A DNA stretch of 64,000 bases from Haliea sp. (GCA_002862465.1 PKDD01000093.1:4167-68166), one strand, 5' to 3'. Numbered from the stretch's first letter, positions 49,942-61,900 are shown. The notes: generated by a model not told the origin, from the letters alone. Numbers and translations: made by a program.

Positions 49942-52113
49942 CTATTTGTGGCTTATTAACCAACAGCAATGCATTTTGCGTTTACGCTGGTAGTCTGGCG
50001 GGAGGGTTTGTACCGTAATATCTTCACACAGAAACTCATCCTTTAACGCTAGGTCAAAGACAAAACCACGTCGGTTGTTGGAGAAATATAGTGCTCCCTC
50101 GTCGCGTAATATACCCATCGCGAGCCGCACAAGTTGCGCGTGGTCTCGCTGCACATCGAAGCTCTCCAACATCGCCTTTGAATTGGAAAACGACGGCGGA
50201 TCAAGCAAGATCAAATCATAATGACCGCGCGAACGGGTGAGCCAAGATTGGCAATCTTCCCTAATCACCGTATTGCGGCCCCCTTCAAGTTTGTTCGCAG
50301 CTAAATTTTTACCCAACCAGGCGAGATAGGTTTTAGACAGGTCGATGCTAGTAGTAGATTGCGCTCCGCCAAGGGCAGCGTGTACCGTTGCGCTGCCGGT
50401 ATAACAAAAAAGATTCAGAAAATCCTTTCCCGCGGCCTCTTGCGCAATCCGTAATCGCAACGGCCGATGATCGAGAAACAAACCGGTATCGAGGTAATCG
50501 TTGAGATTCACCAGCAGCTTTGCCTGCCCCTCTGTGACCATGAGCAATTCACCTTGGCTATCCTGCTTCATGTACTGTTCACTTCCACGCTGGCGACTAC
50601 GCTGCTTATAAACAACTTTTTCAGCAGCAACGCCAAGGGCTCCCGGCAGCGCAGCGCGAATGTCATCTAAGCGACGCTCAGCAGCTTCCACCGATACATT
50701 TTTAGGCGCCTGATACTCAGCGACGTGAACATGGTCACCATAAATATCCACTGCAACAGCATACTCCGGCATATCTGCATCGTAGACACGATAGCAGTCA
50801 ACCTGCTCGCGCTTCACCCAAGAAGAAAGTCGCTTGCGGTTTTTAATAACGCGATTAGCGAACATCATCGCTCCCTCGCTTAAGAGTGGGACTCTCTCTT
50901 CAGCCTTGCGTTGATTTCTTCCCATATCGCGCAATTCATTAACGCTAAGGTCAAACAACAACAGACTGGCGGGCATAGCCCCATTATACAGTGCATAGCG
51001 TTTGTGACTGCGCAAACCGATCGCTCTGCCCAGTTCGAGGTCTGACGTCAGTACGGCAGCATACCAACCTGAAAATTCGCCAAACATAGCCTCGCCCAAT
51101 TGTCGGTAAAGCCCGACAAGTTGTTCTTTTTCGCCGATGCGCTCGCCATAAGGCGGATTACAAACCAGCAAGCCAATAGGCAATGGTCGATGACTGGGCT
51201 TGGTCAATTCCGAAAGCGGCTTACAACTCACACGAACCACTTTTTCCAGTCCAACCCTTGCGATGTTTTCCTGCGCACGACGAATCACCGCAGGATCCCA
51301 ATCATAGCCACGAAATTCTGGTAACTGTGCGGCCCTGCCCCGCTCCGCCCGACTTCTTGCGTCGCTAACAATAGCCGCCCATTGCGGAGCATCATGCGTC
51401 AGAAGATGCTCAAAACCAAAAGCTTTGCGTCCCAGACCCGGGGCGATATCAGCAGACATCATAGCGCCCTCGAGCAACAAGGTTGCTGAGCCGCACATAG
51501 GATCGATAAGTGCACCGCCGCGTGCTGCAATGCCGGGCCAATCGGCCCGCAATAATACTGCTGCCGCAAGATTTTCTTTCAGCGGCGCAACACCGGATTG
51601 TAGTCGATAGCCGCGCTGGTGGAGACTGCCCCCGGAGAGATCAACTGACAGATGAGCGCGATCTCGCACCAAGCGCACATTCAGCCGGACATCAGGATTG
51701 CTGCGATCTACTGAAGGCCGCGATTGGCCAGCGTCCGTAAACCAGTCAACAATGGCATCCTTGCTACGCTGGGCGCCAAACTGCGTGTTGCGAATATTGC
51801 GATTTTCTCCAGAGAAATCAATTGCAATGGTCTTGCTGGGGTCGAAAAACTCCCCCCACTTAATCTCTTTCATGGCCTGATAAAAGGTATCGCCGTCCTT
51901 AGCATCCAGATTCGCCAGCGGCCAAAGAATGCGGTTAGCGAGGCGTGACCATAGGCAGGCTCGGTATGCCAACGCGCGGGGCCCGGTAAAATAGACGCCC
52001 GCCACTGTCTCTCGCGTATCGTCAGTTCCCAGAGAGCTCAATTCAACTGCCAAAAGTGCCTCCAACCCTTTGGGGCAGGTGGCGAACCAAGAATGACTAT
52101 TAATATTACTCAC
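49942..52113 (-). CDS. rlmKL: Bifunctional 23S rRNA methyltransferase RlmL/RlmK
   Basis: THUMP, APLKENLAAA, DPMCGSAT, CNPPYGER; second MTase DTGLFLDHR, NLFCYTG, LDPPSFSNSK. Confidence 0.95.
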   Translation of the reverse strand: MSNINSHSWFATCPKGLEALLAVELSSLGTDDTRETVAGVYFTGPRALAYRACLWSRLANRILWPLANLDAKDGDTFYQAMKEIKWGEFFDPSKTIAIDFSGENRNIRNTQFGAQRSKDAIVDWFTDAGQSRPSVDRSNPDVRLNVRLVRDRAHLSVDLSGGSLHQRGYRLQSGVAPLKENLAAAVLLRADWPGIAARGGALIDPMCGSATLLLEGAMMSADIAPGLGRKAFGFEHLLTHDAPQWAAIVSDARSRAERGRAAQLPEFRGYDWDPAVIRRAQENIARVGLEKVVRVSCKPLSELTKPSHRPLPIGLLVCNPPYGERIGEKEQLVGLYRQLGEAMFGEFSGWYAAVLTSDLELGRAIGLRSHKRYALYNGAMPASLLLFDLSVNELRDMGRNQRKAEERVPLLSEGAMMFANRVIKNRKRLSSWVKREQVDCYRVYDADMPEYAVAVDIYGDHVHVAEYQAPKNVSVEAAERRLDDIRAALPGALGVAAEKVVYKQRSRQRGSEQYMKQDSQGELLMVTEGQAKLLVNLNDYLDTGLFLDHRPLRLRIAQEAAGKDFLNLFCYTGSATVHAALGGAQSTTSIDLSKTYLAWLGKNLAANKLEGGRNTVIREDCQSWLTRSRGHYDLILLDPPSFSNSKAMLESFDVQRDHAQLVRLAMGILRDEGALYFSNNRRGFVFDLALKDEFLCEDITVQTLPPDYQRKRKMHCCWLISHK

Positions 52114-52228
52114 GACTACTCAATCAATCTGTTATCAACTGGTGGCTAACGATTTAATTATGAAGATGCCTGACACCGTAATGAGCTCGCATGCCTCTTG
52201 AGCTGCGACACGCGCAGCATAGCAGAAG

Positions 52229-53356
52229 TTAGGACGCAGGGACTAAGCCTGTCTCCAACCTAAAGATACGCTGCAAAATATTGCGCCATTCGGAATACTG
52301 AGAGTCCAATGTGCCGCTTAGCTCAAAGACCGCGCCGCTCACGTCCATTACCGTAGGCGCAACCTCATTGTTGAAGCCTAGTGCTAATCCAACCAGATCC
52401 TGCTCGTGAATCTTGGACCATTTGTAGGTGTTGTAGCTGCGCTCGAGCGCAGCAAAAGACCCCCGACGGCCTTGCGGGCCCCTGCTAGCCACGCGCTGCT
52501 CATACTCGCTCTGATAAATCGCCTGCTCTGCACCGTACTGACGCCATAAGTTGTAGGTGGACGCCATCTCTTCACTGAGCCGCTCATACTGTTCATCGAC
52601 CGTATCGATAAACAGGTATTCTTGGTTCCTAATTCGGATGACTCGAGCCATCATCGGATCATCCTCTGCCGGAAAACGCGCTAGCATATACTCTCCTTCT
52701 GGCGTTTGCGTTAAATATGGTCCGAAAACCGTTGGCGCCAATTGAACCGCATATCGCATGAGGGCAATGTCTCGTATCGTCGCCAACTGCTTTGCGCTCT
52801 TTTGCCGGAGCACCGCGGCAAGGTCATCGGCGATTTGCTGGTAGAGTTCCAGATAGGGGTCTCCTGGCACGCTTACAGGGTAATCCGTAGACTTTGTCGA
52901 GCCAGAATACATCTGGTTCAACCATTCCACACCGCTGGCATCGCGGGCATTGATTCGCAGTTGGAGGCGCAGACCATCAGACTGCAGTATGGTGCCAGTG
53001 ACTAACAGCTCTGACGAATCGAGTACCTCCGGCAGCACCCTTACAACGCCCCAATCGCCTGACTCAATAAACACCTGCCGCAATACGACCGGCATGTATT
53101 TGGCCTCAGCCTCACGAATGTCTGGAAAAATACCCCGTTTACTGTGGGTCGATTGATCCACTGGAATACCCGGATCAAACACCACCAGACCGACATCAAC
53201 AAGCGACTGCTCGTTGTAGCCATTGTCCGCGGCCATTAATGGGGAAGCGCACCACCCGATGGCAATGACAGCCAAGATCGAGCGCCGCCATGCCTGAAAC
53301 AGGACTAGCGCGATTTGGTCGTACATACCCTGCCTCGAGTCAGCGTTTCTTGACAT
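52229..53356 (-). CDS. Conserved hypothetical exported protein
   Basis: 375 aa ORF with signal-peptide-like segment ending PLMAA; start may be 53326. Confidence 0.7.
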   Translation of the reverse strand: MSRNADSRQGMYDQIALVLFQAWRRSILAVIAIGWCASPLMAADNGYNEQSLVDVGLVVFDPGIPVDQSTHSKRGIFPDIREAEAKYMPVVLRQVFIESGDWGVVRVLPEVLDSSELLVTGTILQSDGLRLQLRINARDASGVEWLNQMYSGSTKSTDYPVSVPGDPYLELYQQIADDLAAVLRQKSAKQLATIRDIALMRYAVQLAPTVFGPYLTQTPEGEYMLARFPAEDDPMMARVIRIRNQEYLFIDTVDEQYERLSEEMASTYNLWRQYGAEQAIYQSEYEQRVASRGPQGRRGSFAALERSYNTYKWSKIHEQDLVGLALGFNNEVAPTVMDVSGAVFELSGTLDSQYSEWRNILQRIFRLETGLVPAS

Positions 53357-54030
53357 TCAAATCCACTCTCGCCGCGCTCGAATCGGTTATAAACCCGGTT
53401 AAGTGAAAACGGAAAGGACACCTGGCTAGACACCACTGTGGTCGCAACAAGCAGTTTTTGTCCGGCAGCCCCCATTGTTATTATATGCTGAATACTCAGT
53501 CCCTCCGGTAGTCGCAATTCAAACACCAACTGATGTCCATTCCAGCCACAAAGTTCAGTCCCGAAAGGTGTCTCGACCATATGCATCTCACCCGGATAAA
53601 ACTCACAAGTCCAAGAAAAGTCTTCCTCGCGCTCCACGCTGATTTTGTACCTATCCTGATCAATCTCCAGCAGAGGCGACTGTGTAATGAGATCAGTAAT
53701 TCGTACCAATCCCAGAACGGAGGAACTGCTATTTGGCCCAGCACTATTCCTCATCACCTCGCCACCTGACGGTCGCCGGCGTCCCTCGCTCTGGGCGCGC
53801 CGCTGTGCCTGTCGCGTTAGGTCGCGTGCCAGCACATCCAGTTTTTCCTGAGCGCTATCACTGAGACTGTAATCCATTTCCCAAGAGCCACTAAAATTAA
53901 CCGCCTTTAGATTCTCGCGCTGCAATGGACGTTTTTTTTCCACCGAGGTGCTGGCGCAGCCAGCTATTAATAGCGCCAACATCACAAAAAGTGCGACCGC
54001 AATAGGAAATGATATAAGAAATCTAAACAT
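53305..54030 (-). CDS. Hypothetical lipoprotein
   Basis: MFRFL...LLIAGC lipobox from ATG 54030. Confidence 0.65.
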   Translation of the reverse strand: MFRFLISFPIAVALFVMLALLIAGCASTSVEKKRPLQRENLKAVNFSGSWEMDYSLSDSAQEKLDVLARDLTRQAQRRAQSEGRRRPSGGEVMRNSAGPNSSSSVLGLVRITDLITQSPLLEIDQDRYKISVEREEDFSWTCEFYPGEMHMVETPFGTELCGWNGHQLVFELRLPEGLSIQHIITMGAAGQKLLVATTVVSSQVSFPFSLNRVYNRFERGESGFECQETLTRGRVCTTKSR

Positions 54031-54150
54031 GTCTACGCAGAGTGTAACCCAAGGCATTCCATCTGAGCGAGTGCCCCATAAATAATGCCTCAAAGAGTTA
54101 GAGGTCGGTGCCAACTCAGCCACATGGAGTGGTACCCGATACGCGCCGAT

Positions 54151-55161
54151 TCAGCCGGCTTTGAGTTCCGCAATAATAGATGCCCACATAGTATCCGGCG
54201 CGCCATAGGGCGCGTAGATAGCTAGTCGGTCAGCCTCGCTGCCATACTTCTCGCGTAACTTGCCAGCAATTTCTTCGGGTTTGCCTATGGTCGCAAAGGC
54301 CTCAAGAAATGTCTGATCAATGTAGGAACCCAGTTCATCCCAGCGGCCTTCCTTCGATAAACGATTGAGTTCCGGCTGTAAATCACCATAACCAACCGCC
54401 TCCATAGGCGGCCTATAGGCGGGTGTGGACGCATAAAATCCCAGTAGCCCCTTGACACTTTCCGTGGCGACCGCGCGCGCTTCTTCCGTCTCCCCCGTAA
54501 TAACGATGGCGTTAATCTGCAACGTGAAGTCGCTGCGCTCACGACCAGATTTGGCCAGCCCTTTATGCACTGCCGGCAGCGCATGATCGGTGAGAAACGG
54601 CATGCTGTTGAACGGATGGACAATTAAGCCATCGGCCACCTCACCCGCCACCTGCGTCATCAACGGACCCAATGCACCCAAGAGTACGGGTGGAGGTTTA
54701 CACTCTAAAGCCCCTGGATTGAACATTGGCGTCATCAACGTATGCCGATAATACTTGCCGTGGAAATCAAGTTTGCTGCCGTTCTGCCAGCAGTCAAAAA
54801 TCGCTTTCAACGCTTGGATATATTCGCGCATTCGCGCAGCGGGCGGGCTAAACTCGACCCCGAATCGCTTTTCAATATGCGGCTTTATCTGCGAACCTAT
54901 GCCCAATAGAAATTTCCCTCTGCTGAATTTTTGCAAATCCCAAGCTTGGTAAGCGAGATGCATCGGATTCCGCGGAAAAGCGACCGCAATGCCCGTAGCT
55001 ATATCAAGTTCTGGCGCATGTTCTGCCGCCATTACTAGCGGGTAAAACGGGTCCCAACTGCCCTCTAACGTGTAGACACCGTCATAGCCAATCTCTGACA
55101 AGCGTCGTGCCTCGGTCGCAGCGTCACCCAGTTGTGCGTAGAACGGACCATCAATTTTCAT
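54151..55161 (-). CDS. LLM-class, probably F420-dependent oxidoreductase (TIGR03617-like)
   Basis: EGSWDPFYPL, IAVAFPRNPM, GIGSQIKPHIEKRFG, GKYYRHTLMTPMF, FYASTPAYRP. Confidence 0.8.
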   Translation of the reverse strand: MKIDGPFYAQLGDAATEARRLSEIGYDGVYTLEGSWDPFYPLVMAAEHAPELDIATGIAVAFPRNPMHLAYQAWDLQKFSRGKFLLGIGSQIKPHIEKRFGVEFSPPAARMREYIQALKAIFDCWQNGSKLDFHGKYYRHTLMTPMFNPGALECKPPPVLLGALGPLMTQVAGEVADGLIVHPFNSMPFLTDHALPAVHKGLAKSGRERSDFTLQINAIVITGETEEARAVATESVKGLLGFYASTPAYRPPMEAVGYGDLQPELNRLSKEGRWDELGSYIDQTFLEAFATIGKPEEIAGKLREKYGSEADRLAIYAPYGAPDTMWASIIAELKAG

Positions 55162-55356
55162 TATCAATTTACTCGCAAATAATTTGTTTATATGTTGCTA
55201 GGGTCGCAAAGTACACTACTGCTGAGAGTCGACCAAACGTCACCTGCAATCGGATACAGCAATATAGCAGCGGTTCAGCATACTGAACAACTGGGGTTCA
55301 GAAGTGGGATAAACTTCAGTTCTGAGATTTTAATCATCGGTTAATGAGGCAACACT

Positions 55357-56256
55357 GTGATGCCATCGAGCATGAAAATCGGTATCTGCTTACCCTATAT
55401 GAAAGCAGGCCTGAACCGCGAAGACTACCTAGCCTGGTTTAAGGCAATTGATGATGGCCCATTTCACGCCCTGTCCTGCGGTGAACGAGTCCATGGGCCC
55501 ACCTTTGACATGCGAGTAGTGCTGGCGGCATCGGCGATGGCTACCACCCGAGTAGAGATAACACCAACGCTCTATGTCTTACCCATGCACAATGCCACCC
55601 GGGTTGCGAAGGAACTGGCCACACTCGATATATTATCAGGCGGTAGGGTAAGAAATATCTCTGTCGGCTATGGCGGGCGGACAAAAGACTACCTGGCCGT
55701 GGGCGCTAAATTCCATGGACGCTATGGCAGAATGGATCGTCAGGTAGAAGAAATGCGTGCTGTTTGGCGTGGCGATGAGATTGTAGAAGGCGGCGGCATG
55801 ATAGGGCCGACCCCAACTTGGGCCGACAGCCCTCGCATGTTGGCTGGCGCAATGGGCCCCAAGAGCATTGCGCGCGTTGCAAAATGGGCTGATGGTCTCT
55901 ACGCATGGTCTGGCAATGGCGAGGAAACAGAATTAAGCCGTACTTTTGCCATGGCCGATGCTGCATGGGAGCGTGAAGGTCGAGAACAAATACCCTATCG
56001 AATGGGTGGCTTTTGGTACACGCTAGCCGAAAATGGCCAGCAAAAGTTGTACGACTACGTCTATGAATACCTGTCGATCTCGGGACCGGAGATCGCCACC
56101 ATGATGGCCGAATCAGTGCACCGCAGCTCCGCTGACAGCATACTAACTGCGCTTGATAATGCTGAAGCCGCCGGTTGCGAGGAGCTGTTTATGGTGCCGG
56201 CCACTGCAGACCTTTGTGAAATTGACCTTCTCTGTGAACTGCTGGCGAAGCGCTAA
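55357..56256 (+). CDS. LLM-class flavin-dependent oxidoreductase
   Basis: MKIGICLP, LSCGER, AKELATLDILSGGR, VARWADG-like motif; GAGG SD. Confidence 0.82.
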   Translation: MMPSSMKIGICLPYMKAGLNREDYLAWFKAIDDGPFHALSCGERVHGPTFDMRVVLAASAMATTRVEITPTLYVLPMHNATRVAKELATLDILSGGRVRNISVGYGGRTKDYLAVGAKFHGRYGRMDRQVEEMRAVWRGDEIVEGGGMIGPTPTWADSPRMLAGAMGPKSIARVAKWADGLYAWSGNGEETELSRTFAMADAAWEREGREQIPYRMGGFWYTLAENGQQKLYDYVYEYLSISGPEIATMMAESVHRSSADSILTALDNAEAAGCEELFMVPATADLCEIDLLCELLAKR

Positions 56257-56473
56257 TACAGCGCTGCCATCGATATTCGGCAATAACTCTGCAAGCGAGC
56301 ATCATTTGACTAACGGTCTAGTGTCGCGCCAGCCAATGACACGATCGCCGATTCAACGAACCCATCACACCCATATCACGCGGATAAATACACACAATTT
56401 CTCTCGCTAACTTAAGCTCAGCAGCAAAACCTGCTACCGTCTGCATCTACCTTTTTTATGGGGCATACCAGCA

Positions 56474-57655
56474 ATGAGCAGCAGTTTTTTTCCGCCACAA
56501 CGCACCCTAATGGGCCCGGGTCCATCAGATGTGTCCTCGCGCGTACTCGGGGCATTAGCACGGCCTACGATTGGCCACCTTGACCCGCTGTTTGTACAAC
56601 TGATGGACGAGGTAAAAGCGCTGCTGCAGTTTGCTTTTCAGACCAATAACGCTTTGACTTTGCCTGTGTCTGCACCGGGGTCTGCCGGCATGGAGGCGTG
56701 CTTTGTTAATCTAGTCTCCCCGGGAGACAAAGTCATCGTCTGCCAGAACGGCGTATTCGGCGGACGTATGAAAGAGAATATCGAGCGCTGTGGTGGCACC
56801 GCAGTCCTAGTGGAGGATAGCTGGGGAGAGCCCGTCGACGTAAGTAAGGTGGAAGCCGCCTTCGACGATCATCCCGACGCAGCTATCCTAGCTTTTGTCC
56901 ATGCTGAAACATCTACCGGCGTGTTTAGCGACGCCGCAGCGCTATGCGCTCTCGCCGCGCGTCATGGCGCGCTGTCTATCGTTGATGCTGTCACCTCCTT
57001 AGCCGGCATAGAAGTATTAGTCGATGAATGGGGCGTCGACGCAATGTACTCAGGCACGCAGAAATGTCTCTCATGCGTGCCGGGACTATCGCCCGTCACC
57101 TTTAGCAGCAGAGCCGAGGAACGTATTAAGCATCGAAAACACAAAGTACAGAGTTGGTTTCTCGATATGCAGTTGGTAATGGGTTACTGGGGCGGTGACA
57201 ATAAACGCGCCTATCATCATACTGCGCCCGTTAACAACCTCTACGCGCTGCATGAGGCATTACTTATCGTCAAGGAAGAGGGTCTTGCCGAAACACAGTC
57301 TCGTCACCTTACTAACCATCGAGCCCTTGTTGCAGGCCTTGAAGCGATGGGACTCTCTATGGCGGTCGCAGCCAATTGTCGTCTGCCGCAGCTCAATTCA
57401 GTTGTGATTCCAGAAGGCGTTAATGATGCCGCGCTGCGTGCAGCCCTGCTCAACGAATTCGATCTCGAAATCGGCGCAGGTCTGGGAGGGCTAGCAGGCA
57501 AAACTTGGCGCATTGGGCTTATGGGCTTTGCCAGCAATGAACGTAATGTGATGTTTTGCCTCAGCGCAATGGAAACCGTTCTACAGCGGCAGGAGGCTCC
57601 TATCAAGACTGGCAAAGCAATTCAGGCAGCACGCTTGGTCTTTGACGACGCCTAA
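56474..57655 (+). CDS. Alanine-glyoxylate / serine-pyruvate aminotransferase (class V PLP)
   Basis: [42 protein letters not shown]. Confidence 0.9.
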   Translation: MSSSFFPPQRTLMGPGPSDVSSRVLGALARPTIGHLDPLFVQLMDEVKALLQFAFQTNNALTLPVSAPGSAGMEACFVNLVSPGDKVIVCQNGVFGGRMKENIERCGGTAVLVEDSWGEPVDVSKVEAAFDDHPDAAILAFVHAETSTGVFSDAAALCALAARHGALSIVDAVTSLAGIEVLVDEWGVDAMYSGTQKCLSCVPGLSPVTFSSRAEERIKHRKHKVQSWFLDMQLVMGYWGGDNKRAYHHTAPVNNLYALHEALLIVKEEGLAETQSRHLTNHRALVAGLEAMGLSMAVAANCRLPQLNSVVIPEGVNDAALRAALLNEFDLEIGAGLGGLAGKTWRIGLMGFASNERNVMFCLSAMETVLQRQEAPIKTGKAIQAARLVFDDA

Positions 57656-57667
57656 AAGGGCGAAGGA

Positions 57668-58669
57668 TTATGGCGCGCTTAGCATCCGCCAAAGCTGCAC
57701 TGTTTTTTTCCTATCTGCATCTCGATGCGTTTGATAGATAACGTGCTGATTGTCTTTCGCTTGCGGATCCAACTCAATACTCCATAGGGGCTCTACCTCA
57801 TTGGGTAGCATGGAATAGCGTATATCGATTACCCGATTACTGAATTCAGGTGAACGGGCGATATACCCATTGCTGAACCAGCGAAAGCGCTCGATATCCT
57901 GTGCTTGCTGAGAACCCTGACGCAACCAAGGCATATCTCGAGGTATATCGAGCTTTTCCACCGATGCACCATGGTAAACCCGCGGCGCGATACTGGCCCG
58001 AACAGCATCCACATAAAAACGATCATCGGTCTCATAGACTGTCTTCCAGACCAGAATATTGGCAAAACTGGGTTTGGCTTCGAGTCGCAGCGGTATATGT
58101 CCACGCTGGGATGCCAAGGCGTAGCCCATGCTCACCGCCTCATTGCGCTGCCATAGCCCGAGCGCCATATAACCAAAGGCCCATACCAGAGCTAGGCGTG
58201 CAAAAAGTGGCGTGAGTCGTCTGGCCGACAGCAGCACGCCAATCAATATTGGAATAGTGAACAGTGGATCAATAATGGAAATTGTATTCCAGGCAATCCG
58301 CACATCGCTAAAAGGCCAAAACAGCATGGTGCCATAAGTCGTACAGGCATCCAGTAAAGCGTGAGTCGCGTATCCCAGTGTACAAAACAACCAAGTCTGA
58401 CGAAACGACAAGCCGCGCCGACGCCCAATAAGGAAGTGTAAGACCACCGCGCAGATCAGACCGCCGAAAGGCACGAAAATCAGCGAATGAGTAAACTGTC
58501 GATGATACTCAAGAAATAGTAAAGGATCTGTTGAGGACCGAATTAGCACATCTAGATCTGCCGACAGCGCAGAAAGAAATCCGAGTAACCCAGCACTGGC
58601 GGCGTAACGACCCGAGACGCTTGCTTGCGGTAACGTTGCGCCTAAAACTCCTTGCGTTAATGGATCCAT
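57668..58669 (-). CDS. Membrane metal-dependent hydrolase (YdjM/DUF457-like)
   Basis: MDPLTQ, ADLDV, HRQFTHS, THALLDACTTYGT, IIDPLFT. Confidence 0.85.
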   Translation of the reverse strand: MDPLTQGVLGATLPQASVSGRYAASAGLLGFLSALSADLDVLIRSSTDPLLFLEYHRQFTHSLIFVPFGGLICAVVLHFLIGRRRGLSFRQTWLFCTLGYATHALLDACTTYGTMLFWPFSDVRIAWNTISIIDPLFTIPILIGVLLSARRLTPLFARLALVWAFGYMALGLWQRNEAVSMGYALASQRGHIPLRLEAKPSFANILVWKTVYETDDRFYVDAVRASIAPRVYHGASVEKLDIPRDMPWLRQGSQQAQDIERFRWFSNGYIARSPEFSNRVIDIRYSMLPNEVEPLWSIELDPQAKDNQHVIYQTHRDADRKKTVQLWRMLSAP

Positions 58670-58917
58670 CAGACCACTCGATAAGATATATTTGGAATAG
58701 CAGTATGCGTATAATTTTTATTGGTATTCACTAGTTGACGCATCAATTTCCAGCCGTTAAAAACAAGGCGGCGCACGCTTGAGGGAGTCTGCCCCTCGGC
58801 ACCAATGATGCTGTTATTAAAGTTTTTCTCACGCATGCGGGTAAACTCTCAGACGTTGAAACATACTGATTTTAATGTAGCCTAGGCTATTACTAACTTC
58901 CACCTTTAGTCCTTTCG

Positions 58918-61900
58918 CTACTCGATATCGAAGGAATAATAAAGGTCTACTGAGTTTTCGAGGCTGCTGACTATCTCCAACCAGATTCTAGAGCGAAAAT
59001 AAAATCGAGCGGTGAGGACATTTATAGGTTCGTAAAAACCCACACCGTAGGAGAGATATATTCTGTCCCCAATATAACCACTTAGCGTCGCTGCGGTATC
59101 ATTCTCTGTACCTTCGGCACCGAAAGCAATGTTGTTAACGCCCGGGATATTATTTAACTCTGAGACCAAGGCAGAGCGATTCATCACGCCGCTGGCCAAG
59201 GAAAACGCCAAGGCAGCGCCATCACTATCGGCCCCAGCATCCATTGCCCTCCCTCTAAGTAAATATGACATGGCATTGGGCTGAGACATCACTGGATCCG
59301 AATAGATATCTAGTTCAAGGTCTTCCCCTAACAATCCTTGCACGTGCACGCCCACCATAATGTTCCCGGCAGTAATATCGCGTTCAGCCCGCAAATCAAG
59401 CGAGGGATTTGAGCGCGGCCCAGAGAAATTCAGTGTGCCGCGTCTGATCTTCAAATGACTCTGAAAGGCGGACATCTCTCCACCAATAGTACGCAAATTC
59501 CCAAACAGTTCCAGCGGATGCCCTGCTCGCTGTCTTGCGTTGAGGTCTCCGCCCAGCGTGGTTTGCACTAGATTACTGTAGACTTTGAGTTTATCGTTTA
59601 TATGTATTTTCAAATTCATGCTCGTCTCAAAAGGCAGACTTTGCTGCAATGCTTTGCCTGCATAATCGACCTCTATGACTGACGATGAAACCGAAACACT
59701 GTCTTCAGGCATCTCCTCGATACGGATAGAACCTTTGTGGACTGTGACCTCGCCCGCGATAGCAAGAAGATCATTAGTCAGGCGTAACTGAAGACTCTCT
59801 GACATCTCTAACTCAGTAGACGGTGGATACAAAATAGTGCTTTTGTATCCGTCGACAGACAGAAGCATACTCAGTTTAGGCCGTACTTTTAACTCACCAG
59901 AGAGCGCTATTTCGCCGCCACCAAGCAGAGCGTTTCCACGCACCTCTGCCCTGTCGCCAAGCAACCCGAGGGTCAGATTCAAACTGTCAAGCACGGTAGG
60001 ATTATTCGCCATAACCAAGCGTCCATTTGACAGCGTCAGACGTCCGTCACCCCTTGGTTGATCTATGGTACCTGACAGAGAAATCTCACCTGCCAACTCT
60101 CCAGAGAGAGCAGAGAGTGATGGAATTAATGGTGTAAAAGTATTTAATTGAAGATCATCAAAACGGACTGAGCCCGCCATTGCAGCAGATCTGCCGGCTG
60201 GCAATTGCAAGTTTAAGCTGGCAATTTCACGTGCTGCGTGCTGTAGGCCCGCGTCCAGCCGCAGGCCCTCGCTATCGTAGGAAAAACTCGCATCGCCCGC
60301 CTCCCACTCAACAGCAGCACTTTGCGCTTTGCCCAGCTCGCGCGTGATATTAAAATTCCGAGTATGGGCCTGACCGTCGGCAACAATGACACCGTCGCGG
60401 TCCCAACTGGTCTGAACCATAAATTTCATCGCACCTTGAATTTTCAGGTCTGGAGACAGCAAAGCCGAAAAGAGCTTTATATCGCCTGACATATCGATCC
60501 GACCTCGACCGCGTGTTCCGAGTAACCAGCTGTCAGAACACAGATTAGCGTACTGATTACGCCAGCAGTGCGCCTGTAAAGACAGTTGCTCCGTAGCGCC
60601 CGACCATATCAGTTGCACGGGGTCAGCCAGCCGCCATAAACCAACATCGGTTTGCAATTGCGTGGGGCTCACAATACCGTGCCAAATGCCGTCCGTTCGA
60701 CTGCCCGTTACCACTATATCGCCTTCAAAATCTCCACCGCCGGAAACGGATATTGTCTGTTGCTCGCTATCTCCTTGTGCCAATATTGACAGGGAACTCT
60801 GCGCAAAATTCCCGAGTACAACATCATCGAGCGCCATGTTCACGGTGAACGTCTGCTCAGGGTCTCGCCAATATTCTGCAGCGACGGCTCCAGTGTCGAG
60901 GGCTAATTCGCGCCAGGTAATATTTTGTGCAGCTGCAGACAGCTGAAAGCGTTGTGCATCAGCTGAGATCAATAGCTCTGCCTGCAGCTGTCCCCGACTA
61001 CCGGCCTGCCAGCGGCCAATATCATCGACAAGCAGCTTGACCTGACCTCTACCCTGCGACTCACTCCCTGCGCGTAACGACAATTTAGCACCATTGAGAT
61101 CGGCATCCAATTCGCTGCTAAGGAGCTGCATTTTGCTATTGATGCTGGCGAATCCACTGATGTGAGCGGGCAAGCCATTGATCAAGCCCTGTATCCGCGT
61201 GTCTTGAATGCTGACCTCCCATAAAGGAGCCCGAACGCTTCCTGCCAGGCGCACGGCGCCCTTTACCCGCCCTCTCAACGCTTCCATGGCAGGGGGCAAA
61301 TCGATCCCAAGAGACTGCAAGGTTATTGAATACTTAATTGCATCCGCCAATTCGATTTCGCCGCTAGCATGTAGTGCGTTGTTGCCCGATCCATCAATTA
61401 TCGACAGTTGGTCTATCACCACCCTCCCCGACTCATGGCCACCCTGTACCGAAAACGCGAGAGATTCATAGCCCTTTCCTGTTGCCGCTGCCTGCAGGTC
61501 AAAGACTTGACTGGACAAAGTGCCACTGCCTGACATCACAATAGGGAACTTCAACTCGGCATCAGCGAACGCACCGGGCACGCCATCTAAGTCAGCAAGA
61601 CTCAAATTCACACTCGATGTCGCAGTGAGCGAGGCGCTGAAAGGTAAATCCCTGCGGAGCACGTTAAGATTTGCATCGACCACGGTACTAATTCTTCCCG
61701 CAGAGGTGAGTCGCAACCCCAGTGATGCTAAGTCTCCCTGCGCCATCAGTGTGAGTCTCTGGCCGAGAAGATCTGACCGATAAGATGGCTGTGCAAGTTC
61801 AATATTCGCACTAGCATGCATCGGCCAGTCAGCTTCAAACGTCAACTTCCCCTGCAGTGCCAACTCACCAAGATCAGAGCTATTGATATCCAGTCGAGTC

